Below, in pieces: positions 18,598 through 26,337 of a stretch of DNA of 38,414 nt. The translations under genes were made by a program, and so were the position numbers. Each line of letters begins with the position of its first letter. Position 1 is the first letter of the stretch. The notes under the pieces were generated by a model that was given only the letters and a program-made list of their open reading frames with translations, searched no databases and was not told the origin of the DNA. The DNA is from an uncultured Burkholderiaceae bacterium (GTDB taxonomy: Bacteria; Pseudomonadota; Gammaproteobacteria; Burkholderiales; Burkholderiaceae_C), in contig CAZFET010000001.1 of assembly GCA_964517545.1 (NCBI GenBank), positions 1-38,414 of the forward strand, written 5' to 3'.

Positions 18598-19464
18598 ATG
18601 GAGACCGTGATGCCGCGACTGGACCCTGCCTGGCTCGATGCGCAGTACAACAACCGGGCGCGCATCCCCGAGCATCCGCAGATCTTCGAGCGCTGGGCCA
18701 GGGCCTCCGCGCTGACGCGCGAGCAGGCCTCGCGGCGGCTCGACCTGCGCTACGGCGACGGGCCGAACGAGTTGCTCGACGTCTTTCCGGCGCCGCGCGA
18801 CAAGGCGCCGGTGCTCGTGTACATCCACGGCGGCTACTGGCGCGCGCTGGACAAGTCGGACCAGTCCTTCATCGCGGCCTCGTTCGTGCACGAGGGCGTG
18901 ATGGTCGTGCTGCCGAACTACGAGCTGTGCCCGGCGGTGACGATCGTGACGCTCGCGATGCAGCGCGCCGCGGCGGTCGCCTGGACGTTTAGTCACGCCG
19001 CGTTGTATGGCGGCGACCCGTCACGCATCGTGGTGGCGGGTCACTCGGCCGGCGGCCACCTGGCGGCGATGCTGCTCGCGTGCGACTGGAAGCGGCTCGG
19101 CCGCGACCTGCCGGCCGACGTGGTGAAGGCGGCGCTGTCGATCTCGGGGCTGTTCGACCTGGAGCCCATCCGGCGCACGCCGTTCCTGCAGCCCGACCTG
19201 CGGCTCACGCCGGCGTCGGTGCGCCGGCTCAGCCCGGCCGGCTTTGCGCCGCCGCGACGCGGCGTGCTCGCGGCCGTGGTCGGCGCGGACGAGACCGACG
19301 AGTTCCGCCGGCAGAACCGCCTGATCCGCGAGGCGTGGGGCGCCAAGGTCGTGCCGGTGTGCGAGGAGATCCCGAAGACGAATCACCTGACGGTGCTGCA
19401 CGACCTGGCCGATCCGGACGGCCGCACGCACCGCATCGCGCTGGACTTGACGCGGCGCGCCTGA
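18598..19464 (+). CDS. alpha/beta hydrolase (esterase / arylformamidase-like)
   Basis: 288-aa ORF with the HGGYW oxyanion motif and the GHSAGGH nucleophile elbow. An alternative start is ATG 18610. Confidence 0.85.
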   Translation: METVMPRLDPAWLDAQYNNRARIPEHPQIFERWARASALTREQASRRLDLRYGDGPNELLDVFPAPRDKAPVLVYIHGGYWRALDKSDQSFIAASFVHEGVMVVLPNYELCPAVTIVTLAMQRAAAVAWTFSHAALYGGDPSRIVVAGHSAGGHLAAMLLACDWKRLGRDLPADVVKAALSISGLFDLEPIRRTPFLQPDLRLTPASVRRLSPAGFAPPRRGVLAAVVGADETDEFRRQNRLIREAWGAKVVPVCEEIPKTNHLTVLHDLADPDGRTHRIALDLTRRA

Positions 19465-19479
19465 GCGCGCCAGCATTCG

Positions 19480-19514
19480 CTATACGATCGATGCGCTTCA
19501 TAGTGAAGTGCTAT
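19480..19514 (+). promoter_or_regulatory. candidate OxyR/LysR-type site upstream of the rubrerythrin gene
   Basis: ATAG-N7-CTAT at 19500-19514 (ATAGTGAAGTGCTAT). CTAT at 19480-19483 and ATCGATG at 19487-19493 lie in a relatively AT-rich intergenic stretch. Confidence 0.3.
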
Positions 19515-19630
19515 TGACCGCATTGAGCGTTTGTATTGGAAGTGGCGCCGCCGCTTTGGTCGCGTCCATGGGTGTCGCCCGCCGCGGCGGGCGAACACGA
19601 ACGCATGCGTAGACCACACAGGAGAGCGAC

Positions 19631-20050
19631 ATGGGCTAGAAAGGATCGAAGACCGAAGAGAACCTGAAGGACGCCTTCGCGGGCGAATCCCAGGCCAACC
19701 GCCGTTACCTGTACTTCGCGAACAAGGCGGACGTGGAAGGCCAGAACGACGTGGCCGCGCTGTTCCGCTCCACCGCCGAAGGCGAGACCGGCCACGCGCA
19801 CGGCCACCTCGAGTTCCTCGAGGCGGTGGGCGACCCGGCCACGGGCCTGCCGATCGGCGCGACGCGCGACAACCTCAAGGCCGCCGTCGCCGGCGAGACG
19901 CACGAGTACACCGACATGTACCCCGGCATGGCCAAGACGGCCCGCGAGGAAGGCTTCGACGAGATCGCCGACTGGTTCGAGACCCTGGCCAAGGCCGAGC
20001 GCTCGCACGCCAACCGCTACCAGAAGGCGCTGGACGCGCTGGTCGACTGA
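19631..20050 (+). pseudogene. rubrerythrin-family diiron protein with an in-frame TAG at codon 3
   Basis: AGGAGA (19619-19624) then ATG 19631. The frame reads [37 protein letters not shown] ..., continuous with track ORF 19733..20050. It contains the EGETGHAH and [10 protein letters not shown] ExxH helices. The TAG is at 19637-19639. Confidence 0.7.
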
Positions 20051-20111
20051 CGCCGGCCGGCCGGTTTGCAAGGGGCTTCGGCCCCTTGTTTGTTTGTGCA
20101 GGAGCAACCCG

Positions 20112-21461
20112 ATGTCCGTTCGCGAAGGCAACCTCGAAGCGCCGACCCGCCATCCTCTGGACTGGAAGAACCCGCGCTTCTACGACGAGGCCGACTGCTT
20201 CAAGGAGCTCGAGCGCATCTTCGACATCTGCCACGGCTGCCGCCGTTGCGTGAGCCTGTGCCAGGCCTTCCCGACCCTGTTCGACCTGGTCGACGCGACC
20301 GACGACGGCGAGGTGCACGGCGTCAGGAAGGAGGCGTACTGGAAGGTGGTCGACCAGTGCTACCTGTGCGACCTCTGCTACATGACCAAGTGCCCGTACG
20401 TGCCGCCGCACGAGTGGAACCTGGACTTCCCGCACACCATGCTGCGTGCCAAGGCCATCAAGTTCCGCAAGGGCGAGGTGAAGGCCGGCGAGAAGTTCCT
20501 CGCCAGCACCGACGTGCACGGGCAGTTCGCCGGCATCCCGATCGTGGTGCAGACGGTCAACGCGGTGAACCGCACGAAGACCGCGCGCAAGATGATGGAC
20601 CGCACGCTCGGCGTGCACCCCGACGCGTGGATGCCCGAGCTGGCCGGCCGCCGCTTCCGCTGGAGCGCACCGAAGTCCGCCGCGCAGGCCGTCACCCACG
20701 GACAGCGCACGCCGGGCAAGGTCGCGATCTTCTCGACCTGCTACGTCAACTACAACGAGCCCGGCATCGGCCACGACCTGCTGAAGGTGCTGCGGCACAA
20801 CGACATCCCGTACGTCGTCGTCGAGAAGGAGAAGTGCTGCGGCATGCCCAAGCTGGAGCTGGGCGACCTCGACACGGTCGAGAAGCACAAGGACGCGAAC
20901 ATCCCGGTGCTCGCGAAGTACGCGAAGGAGGGCTGGGCGATCCTGTCGGCCATCCCGTCGTGCACCCTGATGTTCAAGCAGGAGCTGCCGCTGATGTTCC
21001 CGGACGATCCGGACACGCAGCTGGTGAAGGACGCGATGTGGGACCCGTTCGAGTACCTCGTCGCGCGCCACAAGGACGGCCTGCTGAAGACCGACTTCAA
21101 GACCGCGCTGGGCAAGGTGAGCTACCACATCCCCTGCCACGGCCGCGTGCAGAACGTCGGTCGCAAGACCGAGGAGATGTTCAAGCTGATCGGCCAGACG
21201 GTGGACGTGAAACTCAACACGGTCGAGCGCTGCTCCGGACACGCCGGCACGTACGGCGTCAAGACGCCATACCACCCGCTGGCCATGAAGATCGGCCGGC
21301 CGGTGTTCAAGGCGATGGCCAAGGACGAGCCCGACGTCATCAGCAGCGACTGCGCGCTGGCCGGGCACCACATCGCGCAGGGCATGGAACAGGCCGGCAC
21401 GCCGGCGAAGGCGCTGCAGCACCCGCTGAGCCTCGTGCGCCGCGCCTACGGACTCGAATGA
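20112..21461 (+). CDS. heterodisulfide-reductase-related (HdrD/GlpC-like) iron-sulfur protein with CCG domains
   Basis: ORF 20094..21461 trimmed to ATG 20112, after AGGAG. Two 4Fe-4S motifs, [11 protein letters not shown] and [15 protein letters not shown]-type Cys motifs, EKCCGMP and ERCSGHAG. Confidence 0.88.
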   Translation: MSVREGNLEAPTRHPLDWKNPRFYDEADCFKELERIFDICHGCRRCVSLCQAFPTLFDLVDATDDGEVHGVRKEAYWKVVDQCYLCDLCYMTKCPYVPPHEWNLDFPHTMLRAKAIKFRKGEVKAGEKFLASTDVHGQFAGIPIVVQTVNAVNRTKTARKMMDRTLGVHPDAWMPELAGRRFRWSAPKSAAQAVTHGQRTPGKVAIFSTCYVNYNEPGIGHDLLKVLRHNDIPYVVVEKEKCCGMPKLELGDLDTVEKHKDANIPVLAKYAKEGWAILSAIPSCTLMFKQELPLMFPDDPDTQLVKDAMWDPFEYLVARHKDGLLKTDFKTALGKVSYHIPCHGRVQNVGRKTEEMFKLIGQTVDVKLNTVERCSGHAGTYGVKTPYHPLAMKIGRPVFKAMAKDEPDVISSDCALAGHHIAQGMEQAGTPAKALQHPLSLVRRAYGLE

Positions 21462-21478
21462 CGCAACGGAGTGAAGCC

Positions 21479-22057
21479 ATGACGATCACCCGCGACAGCC
21501 TCATGACGCTGGAGGCGTATGCCAGGTACCGCAAGGAACACAAGCCGCGCATCGTGGCGCACCGCAAGCTGCGCAGCGTGCCGCTCGGCGATCACGTGAC
21601 GGTGCAGTTCGAGGACGAGACGACGGTCCGCTACCAGATCCAGGAAATGCTGCGCGTCGAAAAGATCTTCGAGGAAGACGGCATCCAGCACGAGATCGAC
21701 GCCTACGCGCCGCTGGTGCCCGACGGCACGAACTGGAAGGCGACGATGCTGATCGAGTACCCCGATCCGAACGAGCGCAAGCGCGAGCTGGCGAGGCTGA
21801 TCGGCATCGAGGACCGCATGTTCGTCGAGGTCGAGGGCCATCCGCGCGTCTACGCGATCGCCGACGAGGACCTCGAGCGCGAGAACGCCGAGAAGACGTC
21901 GTCGGTCCACTTCCTGCGCTTCGAGTTCCCGCCCGCCGCGCGCGAGGCCGTGCGCGCGGGAGCCGCGGTGAAGCTCGGCTGCGACCACACGAACTATCCG
22001 GCGCACACCACCATCGCGCCGGAAACGCTGGCCAGCCTGGCCGGCGACCTGAAGTAG
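21479..22057 (+). CDS. DUF3501-family protein
   Basis: Frame of ORF 20066..22057 trimmed to ATG 21479, after ACGGAG. A 192-aa soluble protein. In my recollection this family sits downstream of rubrerythrin and the Fe-S oxidoreductase in betaproteobacteria. Confidence 0.75.
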   Translation: MTITRDSLMTLEAYARYRKEHKPRIVAHRKLRSVPLGDHVTVQFEDETTVRYQIQEMLRVEKIFEEDGIQHEIDAYAPLVPDGTNWKATMLIEYPDPNERKRELARLIGIEDRMFVEVEGHPRVYAIADEDLERENAEKTSSVHFLRFEFPPAAREAVRAGAAVKLGCDHTNYPAHTTIAPETLASLAGDLK

Positions 22058-22077
22058 CGCGCGCGAGCCGGCGCGCT
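22056..22077. terminator. hairpin spanning the convergent stops of the DUF3501 gene and the histidine kinase gene
   Basis: AGCGCGC (22056-22062), 8-nt loop, GCGCGCT (22071-22077). Confidence 0.3.
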
Positions 22078-23891
22078 CAGGCGCGCCGCAGGCGCACGGT
22101 GAAGACCGAGCCGGCGCCCGGCGAGCTGGTGGCCTCGATCGAGCCGCCCATGCGCTCGAGCAGCGCGCGTGCGATGGCCAGCCCGAGCCCGGTGCCGGCG
22201 CTGCGCGGCGTGTCCGCGTCGGCACGCTCGAACGGCTGGAACAGCCGCGCGAGCTGCGACGAGCTCAAGCCGGCGCCGGTGTCGGCGACGGCCACCCGCA
22301 CACCCGCGTCGTCGGCCCGGCACTCGATCGACACGCGGCCGCCCGGGCGGTTGTAGCCGATCGCGTTGGCCAGCAGGCTCACGAAGACCTGGCGCAGCCG
22401 GCGCGGATCGGCCAGCACGACCAGGTCGGCCGCGCCGACCGGCCCCGCGAGCTCGATGCCATGCAGCGCCCGCAGCGGCTCGACGCGCTCGATCGCCGCC
22501 GACAGCACGTCGGCCAGCGAGACCTCGCGCGAGACCAGCCCCGACGCGTCGGCGCCGGTCAGGTCGAGCACGTCGTTCACCAGTTCGAGCAGATGCCGCC
22601 CGCCGCCGAGGATGTGCTCGACGCGTCGCGCCTGCGCGGCACCGAGCGGCTCGTCGCGATCGATCTGCATGAGCTGCGCGAAGCCGATCACCGCATTGAG
22701 CGGTGTGCGCAGTTCGTGGCTCACGCGCGAAAGGAACTCGGTCTTGGCGCGCGCCGAGCGCTCGGCGGCGTCCTTCTCGCGCTGCAGCTGCTCGATGCGG
22801 ACCTGCCCGGAGACGTCGCGCACGATGCCCACCACGCGAACGTTGCCGTCGGCGCCGTGCTGCGGCGCGCCCATCAGCTCGAGATGGCGCGCGCCGGCCT
22901 CGGGCGCACCGACGCGGCAGCGCAGGGTGAAGGGCTCGCCGTGGTCGGCTGCGGCGGCGCGCAAGGTCCGCTGCGCGTGCTCCCGGTCGTCGGGGTGCAC
23001 GCGCTCGAGGGGGCCGCGCAGCGGGAGCGCGTCGGCGTGGCGATCGTCGGCGCCGCACAGCGCGCGCGCACGCGGGTCGAGGCGCACGTGGTCGCGCGAC
23101 GTGTCCCAGTCGAGCACGCCCATCCCGACCGCTCGCGCCGCCAGTTCCCACTCGGCGTTGCGGGCCTGGAGCGCGGCCTCCGCCTGCTGCCGACGCCCCA
23201 CGGCATGGCCGATGAACCAGGCGCCGGCGGCCGCGATCAGCGCCGCCATCCCACCCAGCGCCAACATCAGCACGGCCAGCCGCTGCCCCGCGGCATCGCC
23301 CAGGCGCTGCGAGAAGCGCCGCTCCGCGTCGGTGAGGCGGCGGTCGAGCGCGTCGATCTGCTCCAGCACGGCAGCCTGGCGCGCCGCGTCGAAGTCGCCG
23401 CGCGCGCGTTCGTTCACCACCTGCCGCGCCAGGTCGTCGAGCGCCGCGATCAGGCGGTCGCCCTCGGCCCAGGCGTCGATCGAATCGGCCATCAGCGCGC
23501 TGCCGCCGAACCAGCGATACAGGCGGATCATCCCCGGCACGTCGTCGGGATGGTTGCCGCCGGCGATGAAGCCTTCGCGCACCCGCGCGAGGTCCGGCGT
23601 CGGGCGGTCGAGCTCGATGCGCGCGCGGTGATCGCCCAGCGGCACCGCGAGGGCGTCCTTGTAGCGCTGCAGCGCGGCCTCGTCGCCGCCGGCCACGTAG
23701 CGGCGCAGCTCCGCCACCGCTGCCTTCTGCGCCTTGCTCCACAGGCTCTCGCCCGCGACGTAGGCGCGCGCAGCCGACAAGGTCAGCAAGGTCGCCGCCG
23801 CCACCGTGAACAGCAGCGCCACCGAAGCGACGTAGACGCCGATCAGCAGCAGTCGAAAGCCGGGGACGGAGGACAGGGACGGCATGTGCAA
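22077..23891 (-). CDS. sensor histidine kinase (two-TM periplasmic sensor domain, PAS, HisKA, HATPase_c)
   Basis: 604-aa ORF with H-box SHELRTPLN, N-box LLANAIGYN and G-boxes DTGAGL / GTGLGLAI. No response regulator gene is present in the window. Confidence 0.9.
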   Translation of the reverse strand: MHMPSLSSVPGFRLLLIGVYVASVALLFTVAAATLLTLSAARAYVAGESLWSKAQKAAVAELRRYVAGGDEAALQRYKDALAVPLGDHRARIELDRPTPDLARVREGFIAGGNHPDDVPGMIRLYRWFGGSALMADSIDAWAEGDRLIAALDDLARQVVNERARGDFDAARQAAVLEQIDALDRRLTDAERRFSQRLGDAAGQRLAVLMLALGGMAALIAAAGAWFIGHAVGRRQQAEAALQARNAEWELAARAVGMGVLDWDTSRDHVRLDPRARALCGADDRHADALPLRGPLERVHPDDREHAQRTLRAAAADHGEPFTLRCRVGAPEAGARHLELMGAPQHGADGNVRVVGIVRDVSGQVRIEQLQREKDAAERSARAKTEFLSRVSHELRTPLNAVIGFAQLMQIDRDEPLGAAQARRVEHILGGGRHLLELVNDVLDLTGADASGLVSREVSLADVLSAAIERVEPLRALHGIELAGPVGAADLVVLADPRRLRQVFVSLLANAIGYNRPGGRVSIECRADDAGVRVAVADTGAGLSSSQLARLFQPFERADADTPRSAGTGLGLAIARALLERMGGSIEATSSPGAGSVFTVRLRRA

Positions 23892-23949
23892 CGACAGCGC
23901 CCGGCAGGCGGCGACGCAGTGTCGCCGATGCGCCCGCCGGCCGCGAGGC

Positions 23950-23999
23950 GGCTATCGATGTTTTTGCGAAACGCAATCGATGAGCCTGTCGCGATAGCC
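23950..23999 (+). promoter_or_regulatory. candidate OxyR/LysR-type operator upstream of ahpC
   Basis: 8-bp inverted repeat GGCTATCG (23950-23957) / CGATAGCC (23992-23999). It encloses two ATCGATG copies 22 bp apart (23954-23960 and 23976-23982) in an AT-richer stretch. Confidence 0.35.
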
Positions 24000-24044
24000 A
24001 ACAATCCGGGCATCGCTTCCCTGTACCTCACGAAAGGACACTGC

Positions 24045-24593
24045 ATGAAGACCGTCGGCGACAAGCTCGAAGCATTCAAGGTGACCGGCGTCAAGCCGGG
24101 GTTCAACCACCACGAGGAGAACGGCGTCCCGGCATTCGAGACGCTCACCGAGCAGAGCTTCCCGGGCAAGTGGAAGGTCATCTACTTCTGGCCCAAGGAC
24201 TTCACGTTCGTCTGCCCGACCGAGATCGTCGGCTTCGACAAGCTGGCCCGGCAGTTCGAGGAGCGCGACGCCGTGCTGCTCGGCGGCTCGACCGACAACG
24301 AGTTCAGCAAGCTCGGCTGGCGTCGCGAGCACAAGGACCTGAACCGCCTGAGGCACTGGAGCTTCGGCGACAGCAACGGCTCCCTGGTCGACCAGCTCGG
24401 CGTGCGCGACAAGACCGAAGGCGTGGCGCTGCGCGCGACCTTCATCGTCGATCCCGACAACACGATCCAGCACGTGTCGGTGAACAACCTCAACGTGGGC
24501 CGCAACCCTGACGAGATCCTGCGCATCCTCGACGGCCTGCAGACCGACGAGCTGTGCCCGTGCAACCGCACGGTCGGCGGCTCGACGCTCTGA
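24045..24593 (+). CDS. ahpC: peroxiredoxin AhpC (AhpD-dependent type)
   Basis: Frame of ORF 22461..24593 trimmed to ATG 24045, after AAAGGA. Peroxidatic Cys in DFTFVCPTE and a C-terminal ELCPCN Cys pair. Confidence 0.93.
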   Translation: MKTVGDKLEAFKVTGVKPGFNHHEENGVPAFETLTEQSFPGKWKVIYFWPKDFTFVCPTEIVGFDKLARQFEERDAVLLGGSTDNEFSKLGWRREHKDLNRLRHWSFGDSNGSLVDQLGVRDKTEGVALRATFIVDPDNTIQHVSVNNLNVGRNPDEILRILDGLQTDELCPCNRTVGGSTL

Positions 24594-24606
24594 ACGGGGG
24601 CACGGC

Positions 24607-25119
24607 ATGGAGTTCCTGCAGGCCCTGAAGGACCGGCTGCCCGAGCACGCCAAGGACATCCGGCTGAACCTCGACGCCGTGATCGCGCGTTCGAGCCTTG
24701 CGCCGGAAGACGCGCTCGGCGTCGCGCTGGCGGCGGCGTTCGCGGCGCGCTCGAAGGAGCTGGTCGACGCGTTCGAGGCGGCGGTGCCGCCGGCCGAAGG
24801 CCACGCGGCGCTCACCGCCGCGGCGCTGATGGGCATGAACAACGTCTGGTACCCGTACGTCGAGATGGCGGGCGACGACGAGCTGAAGACCCTGCGGCCC
24901 GAGCTGCGCATGAATGCCTACGCCAGCCACGGCGGCGTGAGCAAGGCGAAGTTCGAGTCGTACGCGCTGGCCGCCTCGATCGTCGGCAAGTGCCACTTCT
25001 GCGTGAAGTCGCACTTCGGCCTGCTCAAGGCCGAAGGACTCACGACGCAGCAGCTGCGCGACATTGGCCGCATCGCGGCGGTGGTCAGTGCGACGGCGCA
25101 GGTGCTGCACGCCGGCTGA
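24607..25119 (+). CDS. ahpD: alkylhydroperoxidase AhpD
   Basis: 170-aa ORF of the carboxymuconolactone-decarboxylase fold with the CxxC motif (GKCHFCVKSH). It lies 13 nt downstream of ahpC. Confidence 0.9.
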   Translation: MEFLQALKDRLPEHAKDIRLNLDAVIARSSLAPEDALGVALAAAFAARSKELVDAFEAAVPPAEGHAALTAAALMGMNNVWYPYVEMAGDDELKTLRPELRMNAYASHGGVSKAKFESYALAASIVGKCHFCVKSHFGLLKAEGLTTQQLRDIGRIAAVVSATAQVLHAG

Positions 25120-25972
25120 CCCACCAGCCTTCGGCGCTGTACAGCGCCAGCGCGGCCCAGATCAGCGCGAAGCCGGCGATCCGCGAGCCCGAGAAGGGCT
25201 CGCGGTACAGCCACACGCCCAGCACGAGCTGCAGGGTCGGGCCGATGTACTGCAGCAGCCCGAGCAGGGTGAGCGTGATGCGCCGGGCGCCGTAGGCGAA
25301 CAGCAGCAGCGGCGCGGCCGTCAGCGGGCCGGCGAACACCAGCCACGCGACGAGCGACGGGTCACCGGTGGCCAGCGCGCTGTCGCCGCGCCAGGTCCAC
25401 GCGGCCAGCAGCGGCACCGTCAGCGAGGCCAGCAGCAGGGTCTCCAGCGCGAGGCCTTCCAGGGTGCCCAGCGGTGCGGTCTTGCGGATCAGGCCGTACA
25501 GGCCGAAGCTCGCGGCCAGCGCGAGCGCCACCCACGGCACCTGAGCGCCTTGCCACGTGAGCCACAGCACGCCGAGCGCGGCCAGCGCGACCGCCGCCCA
25601 CTGCGCGCGGCGCAGCCGCTCGTGCAGCACCAGCCAGCCGAGCAGCACGTAGACGAGCGGGTTGATGAAGTAGCCCAGGCTCGCGTCCACCACGCGGTCG
25701 TTGTTCACCGCCCACACGTACAGCAGCCAGTTGCCCGACACGAGCGCCGCGCTCAGCGCAAACAGCCCCAGCAGCTTCGGCCGGCGCAGCACGTCGCGCA
25801 GCCAGGCGAGGCGCCGCATGGCCGCGAGCACGATCAAGAGGAACACCATCGACCACACCGCGCGGTGCAGCACGATCTCGAACGGCTGGGCCGCGGCGAC
25901 CTGCTTGAAGTACAGCGGGAACAGGCCCCACATGAAGTAGGCCGCGGCGGCCGCGAGGACGGCGTGATTCAT
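25085..25972 (-). CDS. rarD: RarD (EamA/DMT-family) transporter
   Basis: Track ORF 25085..26269 trimmed to ATG 25972 (MNHAVLAAAAAYFMWGLFPLYFK...GYFINPLV). The 3' end overlaps ahpD by 35 bp in convergent orientation. Confidence 0.85.
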   Translation of the reverse strand: MNHAVLAAAAAYFMWGLFPLYFKQVAAAQPFEIVLHRAVWSMVFLLIVLAAMRRLAWLRDVLRRPKLLGLFALSAALVSGNWLLYVWAVNNDRVVDASLGYFINPLVYVLLGWLVLHERLRRAQWAAVALAALGVLWLTWQGAQVPWVALALAASFGLYGLIRKTAPLGTLEGLALETLLLASLTVPLLAAWTWRGDSALATGDPSLVAWLVFAGPLTAAPLLLFAYGARRITLTLLGLLQYIGPTLQLVLGVWLYREPFSGSRIAGFALIWAALALYSAEGWWVSRRAAPAPSH

Positions 25973-26026
25973 CGGCCGGGATTGTCGCGGTTGGCAGCGG
26001 GCGTCCGGCGGCGCATCATCGCGGCC

Positions 26027-26296
26027 GTGCCCGTGGTCGAGTTCACGCCGCAGTTGCGGCGCTTCACCGAGACGCCGCGAGTCGAGTGCGGCGCCACGAC
26101 CTTGCGCGACGCGCTCGAGGCCGCGTTCGACGTGAACCCGCGCCTGCGCGGCTACGTGCTCGACGACCAGGGCCACCTGCGGGCCAACGTGGTCGTCTTC
26201 ATCGACGGGCGGCGCAGCACCGACCGCACGGGCCTGGCCGATGCGCTGAGCGCGTCGAGCCGCGTGCACGTGATGCAGGCGCTGTCGGGCGGCTGA
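26027..26296 (+). CDS. MoaD/ThiS-family ubiquitin-like beta-grasp protein with a C-terminal Gly-Gly
   Basis: Frame of ORF 25064..26296. About 89 aa from GTG 26027 (or GTG 26033), ending ...VHVMQALSGG immediately before the stop. Confidence 0.7.
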   Translation: MPVVEFTPQLRRFTETPRVECGATTLRDALEAAFDVNPRLRGYVLDDQGHLRANVVVFIDGRRSTDRTGLADALSASSRVHVMQALSGG

Positions 26297-26337
26297 GCGG
26301 CGACCGGGCGACGGCGGATCGAACTTCGGAGGCGGAC

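Noticed and set aside
19637-19639. The TAG in the rubrerythrin gene as programmed recoding (pyrrolysine or a suppressor).
   Set aside because: No pyl genes or a suppressor tRNA are visible in the window. Betaproteobacteria are not known to use Pyl. The position, codon 3, is not catalytic. A point mutation or a sequencing error is far more parsimonious.
25085-25119. Convergent 3'-end overlaps: ahpD/rarD 35 bp, membrane protein/EamA 47 bp at 28161-28207, ChrB-C/desaturase 22 bp at 14218-14239, and EamA/104-aa ORF 6 bp.
   Set aside because: In GC-rich genomes stop codons are rare, so reading frames often extend past the functional C-terminus. There is no evidence of antisense regulation. I did not treat these as a signal.
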